Positions 27,433 to 36,491 of a DNA stretch of 64,000 bases are shown in pieces; the first letter of the stretch is position 1, and each line of letters begins with the position of its first letter. This stretch comes from Pseudomonadota bacterium. GTDB taxonomy: Bacteria > Desulfobacterota > Binatia > Binatales > Binataceae. The notes under the pieces were generated by a model that made no database searches, was not told the DNA's origin, and saw nothing but the letters and a program-made list of their open reading frames with translations. The stretch is taken from the NCBI GenBank assembly GCA_021324855.1, contig JAJPIG010000011.1, positions 130,877-194,876 on the forward strand, in the 5' to 3' direction. A program made the position numbers and the translations under genes.

Positions 27433-28380
27433 ATGGCGTTGATCAAGGTAACCGATATCGCTTATGGGCGGCTGCGCTCGCCCGATCTGGATCTGCAGGA
27501 GGAATTCGGCAAGCACTTCGGCTTCATCACGACGGCACGAACCAACAACGCGCTTTACATGCGCGGCTCCGATTCCCCGCATCATATTCATGTCACCGAG
27601 AAGGGCGACCCGGCCTTCATCGGCATGGCCTTCTATGCGGCGAGCGAGGATGACCTAAAGAAAATCGCCAAGGCGCCCGGCGCGTCAGGCATCGAGAACA
27701 TCGATGAGCCCGGCGGCGGAAAGCGCGTGCGATTGAAGGAGCCCAATGGCTATCAGATCGAGGTCGTGTGGGGGATCGAGCAACTCAAGCCGCTCGACGT
27801 GCATCGCGAACCCACCAATTCCGGCGATGAGCCGCTGCGCCGCGCAGGGCGCCTGATGCGCGTGCCGAAGCCGCCCACGACCGTCAAACGCATCGCGCAC
27901 GGTGTGATGGGCACGCCGCGCCTCGCGGAAACTCTTAAATGGTTCCGCGAGCACCTGGGCTTTATTTCTTCCGACGACATCTACGTAAAGAGCAGGGACA
28001 ACATCATCGCGTCGTTCAACCGCTGCGACCGCGGCGACATCTATGTCGACCATCATGTGTTCTTCTGCATGAAGCACGACAAGGCCGGGCTCAACCATTT
28101 TTCGTTCGAGGTCCCCGACATCGATGCGGTGTTTGTCGATCACGAGTATCTGATGAAGCTCGGCAAGTACGAGCATATGTGGGGCGTCGGCCGGCACATC
28201 CTCGGCAGTCAGGTATACGATTACTGGGCCGATCCATGGGGCCGCGTTCACGAGCATTGGGCCGACAGCGATCGTCTGAACGCCAGTAACGGATCGAACG
28301 TGTTGAGCGCGGAGGAAGGACTTAACTCGCAATGGGGCGAGCCGATTCCCGAGAAGTTCATGCACCGCATTTGCGCTTGA
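27433..28380 (+). CDS. two-domain VOC-family extradiol ring-cleavage dioxygenase-like protein
   Basis: Tandem glyoxalase/VOC modules. Start chosen at MALIKVTD with GGAGGG RBS. The track's 27346 start would overlap the upstream gene. Confidence 0.65.
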   Translation: MALIKVTDIAYGRLRSPDLDLQEEFGKHFGFITTARTNNALYMRGSDSPHHIHVTEKGDPAFIGMAFYAASEDDLKKIAKAPGASGIENIDEPGGGKRVRLKEPNGYQIEVVWGIEQLKPLDVHREPTNSGDEPLRRAGRLMRVPKPPTTVKRIAHGVMGTPRLAETLKWFREHLGFISSDDIYVKSRDNIIASFNRCDRGDIYVDHHVFFCMKHDKAGLNHFSFEVPDIDAVFVDHEYLMKLGKYEHMWGVGRHILGSQVYDYWADPWGRVHEHWADSDRLNASNGSNVLSAEEGLNSQWGEPIPEKFMHRICA

Positions 28381-28472
28381 GACGGGCGGCGTAGCCGGAC
28401 AACCATGGACGGTAGAAGGGCGCCATGCGGCGCCCTTCTTACAGGGTTGAAAAAAACTCCTTCCGACCGCGC

Positions 28473-29612
28473 TTAGGTCCTGCGCATCAGGCACTTCTCG
28501 TCGAGTTCCGCAATGCGTGCGCATCCGATTTGCGCCATCACGCGGTGGATCTCGTCTGTGAGAATCTTGAGCGCGCGGCGCACGCCAGTCATCCCGCCCG
28601 CCGCCGCACCATAGAGCGTGGCCCGGCCGACGAACACGAATTGCGCGCCGAGGCACAGCGCAGTCACGATGTCGCCGCCGCGTCGCACGCCCCCGTCGAA
28701 CATCAGCGCGGCCCGACCCGCCACTCGCTCGCGAATCGCCACCAGCGCATCGAGCGATGCTGGCGCCTGATCGAGCTGGCGCCCGCCGTGATTCGATACC
28801 CAAACTCCGTCGACGCCCGCTTCGATCGCGCGCGCTGCGTCGTCAGGGTGCATGACCCCCTTCAGGATCAGGTGACGCGGCCAGAGCCGCCGGAAATTTT
28901 CGAGGTCGCGCCAGGTGACGGTCGCGGGCGTCTGCGCGGCGAACAACCGGTTCGGATCGCCACCGTTCGTCACGTATGGCGTCCAGTTCTCGAAATGGGG
29001 CTGTCCGTGGCGGAGATATTCGGCGATCCATCCGGGATGCGTCAGCGCCTCGGCCACCACGCCCGGCGTGAGCCGCGGCGGCAGCGCGAAGCCATTGCGA
29101 AGGTTCCGTTCGCGCTTGGCATTAACGGGGATATCGACCGTGAGCACGAGCGCGGCGAGGCCCGCGTCGCGCGCCCGCCGAATCATGTCCTCGCTGATCT
29201 TCGGGTCGCGCGCGCAATAGAGTTGATACCACGCGTGCGCCGGCGCGATGCGCGCCGCGGCCTCAATCGAAGCGGTCGCCGCGCCCGACATCACGAATGG
29301 GATGTTGGTGTCGGCGGCCGCTTCCGCAAGCATCAGATCGGCGCCGGCGCGGAACAGACCCGCGAGCCCGGTCGGCGCGATGCCGAACGGGCGCGAATAA
29401 GTACGTTCGAAGAGCGTCGTCGATTGATCGATCTGCGAGACGTCGACCAGGTAGCGCGGCAAAAGAGGATGACGTGCGAAGGCCGACTCGTTACGCGCGA
29501 GGCATCGCTCATCCTCGACGCCGCCCTCGATGTAGTCAAACGCGATGCGCGGTAATCGCCGCCGCGCCATCCGGCGCAGGTCTTCGATATTGATCGCGTT
29601 CTCGATTTTCAT
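28473..29612 (-). CDS. FMN-dependent alpha-hydroxy-acid dehydrogenase/oxidase (LldD/glycolate-oxidase family)
   Basis: Family N-terminus DLRRMARRRLPRIAFDYIEGG and TIM-barrel FMN motifs. Confidence 0.8.
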   Translation of the reverse strand: MKIENAINIEDLRRMARRRLPRIAFDYIEGGVEDERCLARNESAFARHPLLPRYLVDVSQIDQSTTLFERTYSRPFGIAPTGLAGLFRAGADLMLAEAAADTNIPFVMSGAATASIEAAARIAPAHAWYQLYCARDPKISEDMIRRARDAGLAALVLTVDIPVNAKRERNLRNGFALPPRLTPGVVAEALTHPGWIAEYLRHGQPHFENWTPYVTNGGDPNRLFAAQTPATVTWRDLENFRRLWPRHLILKGVMHPDDAARAIEAGVDGVWVSNHGGRQLDQAPASLDALVAIRERVAGRAALMFDGGVRRGGDIVTALCLGAQFVFVGRATLYGAAAGGMTGVRRALKILTDEIHRVMAQIGCARIAELDEKCLMRRT

Positions 29613-29783
29613 CCGCTCGGCCGCCGAAGCATCTTATATCGCAGCGACGCGGACGACGGATACCTGGGTGCCTTCCCGGGACTACCTAATAGTCGCTCGC
29701 TCTCGCCGCGAACGTACTGCGAGCGTTTGGCGCGATGGTCAGAATGAAGGAATCGGCGACCCGATCAGAAAATCCGCTTCTGG

Positions 29784-30908
29784 TTATACAATCCGCTTCT
29801 GGCCGTGCTTGAAGCCGCCCTGCTCGCCGATCGCTGGCTCACGGCTGCGCTCCTCCCGTCCCCGTTCGCGATCACGGCCGCGTTCGCGAGAACCGCTTTC
29901 ACGGGGTAGGGGCGCTCCGCCGCCGACCGGACTGATCTCGATCGATCGCAGGTAACCCTCGCCCTGTGAGCGCGTGGTTATGAGCGGATCATCCCTCAGG
30001 GCCAAATGCACGATGCGCCGGTCGCGTGGCGGCATCGGATCGAGCTTGACGGTCGCGTGCTCGCGCTTGGCCTGCTCGCCCTTCGACAGCGCCATCCGAT
30101 GAATCTGATTGCGGCGGCGGGCTCGATACGATTCGGTATCGAGCACGATCGTCGCTGCTTCCCTGACGCGGCGTGCAAGGATGCGATTTACGATGTATTC
30201 GAGCGCATCGAGGGTCTGGCCGTGGCGTCCAATAAGGATTCCGGAGCCGTCGCCCTTGATTTGCAGTTCGATGCACTCGGGATCGTGCTCGCCCTCGGTG
30301 ATCTCACCTTTCTCGCCCATCAGGTCGAGGATACTGCGCAGGATGTCTGTCGCTTCGCGGGTCTGCTCGGCGCGATCCTCGATGCGGCGCATGTCCGGCC
30401 CCTGGTTTTCGGCCTCGGCCGCATCGTTTCCAGTTGCGGCGGCGCGGGGCTGAGGCGGTTCGCCACGCGGGGCGTGCCCCTCGCGCGGCGGACGATCTTC
30501 GCGGCGCGGTCGATCATCCCGCGACGGCCGTTCGCCGCGTGAGCGCTGTCGCTCTTCGCGCTGCGGCCGCGATCGTTGCGGCTCGGGACGATCTTCGGCG
30601 ACCGGGGCCGGCGGTGACGTCGCTGTCTGCTCTTCGCGCCGACGCATCGGCGCGTGGCGCATCGGCTCGGTCCGCGAGGGCGGTGGAGCGGGTGGCGGCG
30701 AAGTGACCGTGCTGCTCGCGGCCTCGGCCGGACGGCGCGTGACTCGCACGCGCGCCTGGCGCGCGCCGAGTCCCAGCACGCCCGAGCGCGGCGTGCTCAG
30801 CACCTCGATAATCACGTCATCTTCATGGGCGCCGAGTTCTTCGAGCGCCTGCCGGATCGCAGCCTCGACGGTAGCAGCGGTCTGTTCGGTCGAAATCCTG
30901 GTGCTCAT
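29784..30908 (-). CDS. khpB: RNA-binding protein Jag/KhpB (Jag_N plus KH plus R3H)
   Basis: KH (ILIGRHGQTLDALEYIV) and R3H (RRIVHLALRDDP) domains. Conserved position 3' of yidC. Long Arg/Pro/Glu-rich linker. Confidence 0.75.
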   Translation of the reverse strand: MSTRISTEQTAATVEAAIRQALEELGAHEDDVIIEVLSTPRSGVLGLGARQARVRVTRRPAEAASSTVTSPPPAPPPSRTEPMRHAPMRRREEQTATSPPAPVAEDRPEPQRSRPQREERQRSRGERPSRDDRPRREDRPPREGHAPRGEPPQPRAAATGNDAAEAENQGPDMRRIEDRAEQTREATDILRSILDLMGEKGEITEGEHDPECIELQIKGDGSGILIGRHGQTLDALEYIVNRILARRVREAATIVLDTESYRARRRNQIHRMALSKGEQAKREHATVKLDPMPPRDRRIVHLALRDDPLITTRSQGEGYLRSIEISPVGGGAPLPRESGSRERGRDRERGREERSREPAIGEQGGFKHGQKRIV

Positions 30909-32563
30909 GCGGTTGCTGGTGGAGTCTGTCGAAATTCGTAGTTAAGGAACACTTGCTGGAGAATGCCCAGCACGTTCGATGACAGATAATAGAGCGTCAG
31001 GCCGGCGGGCAGGCTAATGAAGATAAGGCTGAAGATCACCGGCATGTACATCATCATCTTTTGCTGATTCGGATCCGGCTGCTTGGGCGAGAGCCACTGC
31101 TGCAGCAACGATGTCGCGGCCAGCAGGATGACCAGCACGGGGATGCCGTGCAGGTTGGTCATCGGTATCGCGGGCATTCCAGGTATCGTCAGGCAGTCGG
31201 GCGCCGACAGGTCGTGAATCCAGCCGATGAACGGCGCCTGGCGGAGTTCAAACGCGTTCAAAAACGCCTCATACAGGCCGTACAGGATCGGAAGCTGAAT
31301 CGCCATCGGCAGGCATCCGCCGAGCGGGTTGACATGATTGCGCTTGTAAAGATCGACCATCTCGCGGTTCAGCCGCTCCTGGTCATTTTTGAACTTTTCA
31401 CGGATGCGCTCGACCTGCGGCTGGAGCCGCTGCATCCGCATCATTGAGCGCTGCCCCTTGATCGACATCGGCAGCGTCGCGAGCCGCACCACAATTGTCA
31501 GCAGGATGATAGCAACCCCGTAGTTCGGCAAAAAGTGGTAGAAAAGCTGGAGCGCCCGCAGCAACGGCAGCGCGATCACGCCGAGGAGGCCGAAATCGAT
31601 CGCCTTTGAAAGCGCGGGATTCACGCCCTCCAGGATGTTGAGCTGTTTTGGCCCAAAGTAGGCGTCGGTCCTGAGATGCGTCGCATGGTCGAACAGCAGG
31701 CGGGCGTGGGCTTGGTCCGCGCTGTAGGTCATCACCAACGTGCCCGCGCGCGGGTCGATCGGAAGATACGCCGATAGGAAGTACCGATCGCCGAAGCCGG
31801 CGTAGGTGATAACGCCGCTCGCGGTCGCGCTCGCCTTTTCCAGTTGCTTTTCGCTCTCGGTCAGCGCCTTGCCCTGGACGTCGGCCTGAAGCTCCGGGAT
31901 GTCGCGATAACCGCTACCGCGTGTCGCCAGCGACTGGCTCATGCTGAACCCGGATTGCGACACGCCGCCCGCTGCGCCGTCGAGGGTGACATCGAGATTG
32001 AAGACATAGCTGTCACCGAACGTAACGCGCTTCGTTACTTCGAGGCCGTCACGAGTCTTTGCGGTGAGCACCAGCGTTACCGGCTCAACGCCATTGGCTT
32101 TGATTTCCGATGGCGCGTCGGCCGTATAGATCAGTCCCGAATCGGTAAGCGTCGTTCCGCCACGATTCACGACCAGTCCGAGGGGCAGCCGCGCTCCCGG
32201 CCCGTCGCGGACCATCTGATACCATGGACTCCCGGGTGTGGCGGTCTCGCGATACTGCTTGAGCCGCAGACTTTTGAGGCGCCCGCCCTGCGTTGTTACG
32301 ATCGCATCGTAGAGCCGGCTCTCGATTTCGATATCGCGCGCCGTCGCCGGGGTCGCATTCACCAGCGAGTTCGCGATGAGCTGCGGAATCGACGCGGTCG
32401 CTGGGGCGCTCGCGCTCCCTTGAGCCGTCGCGGCGCTGGGAGAGGCGCTGCTTTCGGTCTGTTGATTCGGATGCGGCGGATAGAGCCGCTTAAGCACCAG
32501 CTCCTGGTAGGCGAAGATCAGCACCACCGAGAGCATCACAACGATCAATAGCCGGGTATCCAA
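30905..32563 (-). CDS. yidC: membrane protein insertase YidC
   Basis: N-terminal TM, large periplasmic domain, and the C-terminal 5-TM core with LPILYGLY / IFSLIFISLPAGLTLYY. Confidence 0.85.
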   Translation of the reverse strand: MDTRLLIVVMLSVVLIFAYQELVLKRLYPPHPNQQTESSASPSAATAQGSASAPATASIPQLIANSLVNATPATARDIEIESRLYDAIVTTQGGRLKSLRLKQYRETATPGSPWYQMVRDGPGARLPLGLVVNRGGTTLTDSGLIYTADAPSEIKANGVEPVTLVLTAKTRDGLEVTKRVTFGDSYVFNLDVTLDGAAGGVSQSGFSMSQSLATRGSGYRDIPELQADVQGKALTESEKQLEKASATASGVITYAGFGDRYFLSAYLPIDPRAGTLVMTYSADQAHARLLFDHATHLRTDAYFGPKQLNILEGVNPALSKAIDFGLLGVIALPLLRALQLFYHFLPNYGVAIILLTIVVRLATLPMSIKGQRSMMRMQRLQPQVERIREKFKNDQERLNREMVDLYKRNHVNPLGGCLPMAIQLPILYGLYEAFLNAFELRQAPFIGWIHDLSAPDCLTIPGMPAIPMTNLHGIPVLVILLAATSLLQQWLSPKQPDPNQQKMMMYMPVIFSLIFISLPAGLTLYYLSSNVLGILQQVFLNYEFRQTPPATA

Positions 32564-32580
32564 TTAGTTCTTATTTCTCC

Positions 32581-32841
32581 TCATGCGCTCGCAATGCGGT
32601 CCCGCGCAGGCACCGGATCTTCGCCCCACCCGCCCCACGGACGGCATCGCAGCAGTCGACGCATCGCAAGCCATCCGCCGCGGCCGAGTCCGTATTCCGC
32701 GATCGCCTCGCGGGCGTAGACCGAACAGCTCGGATGGAACCGGCAGGCATCGCCCAGCACGGCCGCAATCAACGGCGACACGATCGCCCGATAAACATCC
32801 AGTATTGCAATCGCGAGAGCGGTGGAAAATCGCGGCTTCAC
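32581..32841 (-). CDS. yidD: membrane protein insertion efficiency factor YidD
   Basis: CRFHPSCSVYAREAI signature. Confidence 0.8.
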   Translation of the reverse strand: MKPRFSTALAIAILDVYRAIVSPLIAAVLGDACRFHPSCSVYAREAIAEYGLGRGGWLAMRRLLRCRPWGGWGEDPVPARDRIASA

Positions 32842-33200
32842 AGTCGTTGACCGATCGAGGAGATCGCGGCAGCGAGCTCACGCACCATTGTAGCAGAATC
32901 GATCGCGCCGGCGCCGGGCTTCGCGATCACGATCATTCCGCTTTGTGCCGGCATCATCGCGCGCAGCGTGCGTCGAAAGCATTCACGGACGCGGCGCTTG
33001 ATTCGATTCCGCACCACTGCGCTGCCGATCCGCCGCGAGACCGTGATCCCCAGGCGCGTGCACGTCGGTTCGCTGATGCGCATCGCGTACACCACGAAAT
33101 GCGGGCTCTGCGCGCGGATTCCATGACGCTGCAGCGTAAGAAATTCTGCACGGCGGCGGATACGATCCTCAGGGCGGAAGCTCTCGGCCGCGGGCAGAGA
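32838..33200 (-). CDS. rnpA: RNase P protein component
   Basis: VSRRIGSAVVRNRIKRRVRE RnpA signature. The track start at 33374 reads through rpmH in another frame. The real (probably non-ATG) start is near 33190-33200. Confidence 0.7.
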   Translation of the reverse strand, partial: SLPAAESFRPEDRIRRRAEFLTLQRHGIRAQSPHFVVYAMRISEPTCTRLGITVSRRIGSAVVRNRIKRRVRECFRRTLRAMMPAQSGMIVIAKPGAGAIDSATMVRELAAAISSIGQRL

Positions 33201-33202
33201 GG

Positions 33203-33361
33203 TTAGCCGGGTTGCTTGGGCGGAATCGTGATGGCCAGTCGTTTGCGGCCTTTGGCGCGGCGGCGTTTGAGCACCGCGCGTCCGCCGGGCGTCGCCATGC
33301 GGGCGCGAAAGCCGTGGGTCCGTTTGCGTCGGCGATTGTGTGGTTGATAGGTCCTTTTCAT
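33203..33361 (-). CDS. rpmH: 50S ribosomal protein L34
   Basis: Hand translation [45 protein letters not shown]... Missed by the track because it is under 60 aa. Confidence 0.8.
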   Translation of the reverse strand: MKRTYQPHNRRRKRTHGFRARMATPGGRAVLKRRRAKGRKRLAITIPPKQPG

Positions 33362-33498
33362 CGCTGAGGGCCAATTTTTCTCATTTTGCCGGCCGCTCTG
33401 GCCGGTCCTGGGTTTGGTCCTGAAAATGCCGGAATGTAGCGGCGAGTCAGCTTCCCAATCGAACCATACCGCGACACTCCGGGCAAGCGGGTTTGTGA

Positions 33499-34515
33499 TT
33501 AGCTAAGCACCTGGTTCACGACCAATTCGAACTGCTTGAACGGCTCCATCTCGCCGATCACCAGCTCGATATGGTCCATCCCGGCCGCCTCCAGCGCGGC
33601 CAGCTTTTCGCGGCACATCTCGGGCGGTCCGTAAACGGACCATCGATTGAGCGTGCCATCTGAGACCGGGTCGCCATTGAAGTACAGGCTCATCGCACTC
33701 CGGATGCGCTCGAAGCAGACCTTGGGATCGGGTCCCACATTAATCCAGATGTCAGTCGCCGCGGTGAGCGCTTCGGGCTTGCGGCCGTGGCTTGCAACCG
33801 CCTTGCGCAGCACGGCGAGCGATCGACGAAGCTCGTCGGGCGTGGCCATGATCGTGAGCCAGCCGTCGGCAAGGCGCGCTACGCGATCGAGCGGTCCCGG
33901 CAGATACTTCTGACCCTCATCCGGAATGTTACCCGATTGCGCCGAGAACTCGTCTGAGCCTGGCTGGTAGATACCGGCCGCGATCCAGATCGGCGGGAGC
34001 TTCTGTATCGGGCGTACCGGTTGATTGATTCGCGGGTGCGTCCCTGACCAAATCGCCCGCAATTCGCCAACGCATCGCTCGAGAACCTTACCCCGTTCGC
34101 CGGGTGTAATCCCGACCTCGCGGCATTCCGCGCCGACACCGTGCGGCGTACCCCCGCCGATTCCCAATGCGAGAACGGTCCGCCCTTCGCTCGCGATATC
34201 AAGCGTTGCCCACGACAATGCGAGCATCGCCGGATGGCGAAAGTGCGGCTGGATGATAGCAGCGCCAAGCTTTACCCGGCGCGTCCGCGCCGCAACCGCG
34301 CCAAGCGTCGCGATCGGTTCGAAGCGTGGACTGTCGAACAGACTGTCGCCGACCATCACCGCGTTGAACGGCGAGTCGTCGGCCATCTCCGCCAGCCGGA
34401 GCATCCCCTTAAAGCCGTACGAAGGAACAGCGAAGGCGAGTCGGTTGTTCAGTTGAACTGAGTAAGAGGTTTTCATCTGCACATCCTGAAGATGGTTTCC
34501 GAGTTCGACGCGCAA
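33499..34515 (-). CDS. LLM-class flavin-dependent oxidoreductase (luciferase-like monooxygenase family)
   Basis: TIM-barrel LLM signature. Probable start MKTSYS (~34476). Confidence 0.65.
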   Translation of the reverse strand: MRVELGNHLQDVQMKTSYSVQLNNRLAFAVPSYGFKGMLRLAEMADDSPFNAVMVGDSLFDSPRFEPIATLGAVAARTRRVKLGAAIIQPHFRHPAMLALSWATLDIASEGRTVLALGIGGGTPHGVGAECREVGITPGERGKVLERCVGELRAIWSGTHPRINQPVRPIQKLPPIWIAAGIYQPGSDEFSAQSGNIPDEGQKYLPGPLDRVARLADGWLTIMATPDELRRSLAVLRKAVASHGRKPEALTAATDIWINVGPDPKVCFERIRSAMSLYFNGDPVSDGTLNRWSVYGPPEMCREKLAALEAAGMDHIELVIGEMEPFKQFELVVNQVLS

Positions 34516-34579
34516 ACTAGCTTGCCATTGCTAGACGGTCAAACTAGCGTCTTACGATAGCTCTTCGCAGGCCGCTCAG

Positions 34580-35971
34580 ATGTATGTCGAAGACACAATT
34601 GTCGCGCCGGCGACCGCTCCCGGACGCGGCGCAGTCGCGATTGTGCGTCTATCGGGCCCTGATGCACATCGCATCGCGCTGGAAATCTGGTCGCCATCCA
34701 AACCGTTGCGGCCTGCGAGGCAACCGCCGCATCGGCGACTGACGCTCGGCGAGATTCGCGATCCGACGCGCGGTATGGTGATTGATCGCGCGATGGCGGT
34801 GTTCTTCGAGGCGCCACAGACACTTACCGGCGAGTCCGTTGCAGAATTGCACTGCCATGGCGGGCCTTACCTCGTGCGGCGCGTGCTCGGCCTCGCAATC
34901 GCCGCCGGCGCGCGCTACGCGGAGCCCGGTGAATTCACACGGCGTGCGTTTCTGAACGGCCGCATTGATCTGACCGCCGCCGAGGCGATCCGGGACCTGG
35001 TCGAGGCCCGTGGCGAGCGCGCGTTGAGCCTTGCGATCGCGCAGCTTGGCGGCGCGCTTGCGGCGCGCGTCGACCGGATGCGGAAGCAGACTGTCTCGAT
35101 CCTGGCGCATCTTGAGGCCGCGATCGATTTCGCCGATGAAGACCTCGATTTGCCTCAGCCGCAGCAGATTGCGGCCTCGATCGAGGCGCTTGCCAGTGAC
35201 GTTGCAGAGCTGCACGCAAGTTTCGAGCGCGGTCGAATTCGGCGCGAAGGAATCCGCGCCGCGATCGTCGGACGACCCAACGTCGGCAAGTCGAGCATCC
35301 TGAATCTGATGCTGGGTGCGGAACGGGCGATCGTCACACCGATTCCCGGCACCACTCGCGATGTGATCGAGGACACCATCGAGCTCGACGGCTATGCGGT
35401 TATCCTCCAAGATACAGCGGGTGTCCGTGAGTCCGGAGACGACGTGGAACGGATCGGCATCGAGCGCGCGCTCGAACGGGCGCGCGACGCCGATCTGCTG
35501 ATCGCGGTCTTCGATGCTGCAAGTGCCCTTGTCGATGAGGATTTCCGCGTCATCGCGCTGACTGAGAGGCGTCCGTCGATCGCGCTGCTCAACAAGAGCG
35601 ACCTGCCGGCAAAAATCAACGAACGCGATTTGCGGGCGCGCGGACTGCGCGCGCCGGTGATCGATTTTTCAGCGACCGAGGCCATCGGCGTGAATGCGCT
35701 GCGAACTGCACTGCTTGCGCAAATCGAAGCGACGTCCGGAGGGGATGGCGCCGGCGATGTTGCAATCTCGCGCGTACGGCATCGAGAGGCTTTGGGACGG
35801 GCGCTCGAGGCGCTCCGGCGCGCGCAGGAAGGAGTACTTTCCCGGATACCGCCGGAGATCGTTGCGGTCGAGATGACCGCGGTTGCTGACGCGTTGGGCG
35901 CAATCACGGGCGCGATCGGAGTCGAAGACGTGCTCGACGTGATCTTTCGCGAGTTCTGTATCGGGAAATAA
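34580..35971 (+). CDS. mnmE: tRNA modification GTPase MnmE
   Basis: G-domain GRPNVGKSS, DTAG, NKSD, C-terminal CIGK. Confidence 0.9.
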   Translation: MYVEDTIVAPATAPGRGAVAIVRLSGPDAHRIALEIWSPSKPLRPARQPPHRRLTLGEIRDPTRGMVIDRAMAVFFEAPQTLTGESVAELHCHGGPYLVRRVLGLAIAAGARYAEPGEFTRRAFLNGRIDLTAAEAIRDLVEARGERALSLAIAQLGGALAARVDRMRKQTVSILAHLEAAIDFADEDLDLPQPQQIAASIEALASDVAELHASFERGRIRREGIRAAIVGRPNVGKSSILNLMLGAERAIVTPIPGTTRDVIEDTIELDGYAVILQDTAGVRESGDDVERIGIERALERARDADLLIAVFDAASALVDEDFRVIALTERRPSIALLNKSDLPAKINERDLRARGLRAPVIDFSATEAIGVNALRTALLAQIEATSGGDGAGDVAISRVRHREALGRALEALRRAQEGVLSRIPPEIVAVEMTAVADALGAITGAIGVEDVLDVIFREFCIGK

Positions 35972-35989
35972 CGCTGCTGCGCTCGCGTT

Positions 35990-36245
35990 GGCGAATTCCC
36001 AATTTTCTGATTCATACGCGGCGCATCGTTGCTCAGTTGCAACAGACGCCGGGAGTGGTTGGCTTCGCGTTGTTCGCGCGCCCGCTGCGCGCGCATTTTC
36101 TGGACCCTTTCAGTGTGGGAAAACGACGGCGCGCTACGAACGTTCGTCAGGGCCGGCGCTGATGCAGACACGACGCGCGCGGTCGCGCCGCATATGGGAC
36201 CAACGCGATTCATCCGCTGGATGCTGCGCGGCAACAATTAGATCC
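35990..36245 (+). pseudogene. DUF3291-like gene fragment with an internal frameshift (remnant in the mnmE-mnmG spacer)
   Basis: Two overlapping frames give ...RIVAQLQQTPGVVGFALFARPL... then ...LSVWENDGALRTFVRAGADADTTRAVAPHMGPTRFIRWML, resembling the C-terminal half of DUF3291 proteins (LSVWES.EALRAFVY). No intact N-terminus. Confidence 0.3.
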
Positions 36246-36491
36246 CTTCTTCGTGGGACGATGCCTTCGCCCGGGAATCCAAGGCGGAGTGATGTCCTGG
36301 CTATCCGTGGTTCGTCATCCTACAATTCGTAGTCTAATTCTACGTATAGCTAGGTCTGGGAGACGCAGCTTTCCATCCCCCTGACCGGCACAAGAGTGCG
36401 GCAAGTCGACCATCACCTCGTCGCCGCCTAACCTGCGCAAAGCTTTTGCGAGCGGGGTTGCGATCGGCGATAATCAGCAACTCGAATTCCT

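Noticed and set aside
33391-33410. Inverted repeat GCCGGCCgctctgGCCGGT upstream of rpmH as a terminator
   Set aside because: Imperfect stem and no U-tract in the relevant orientation. More likely part of the rpmH promoter/leader region.
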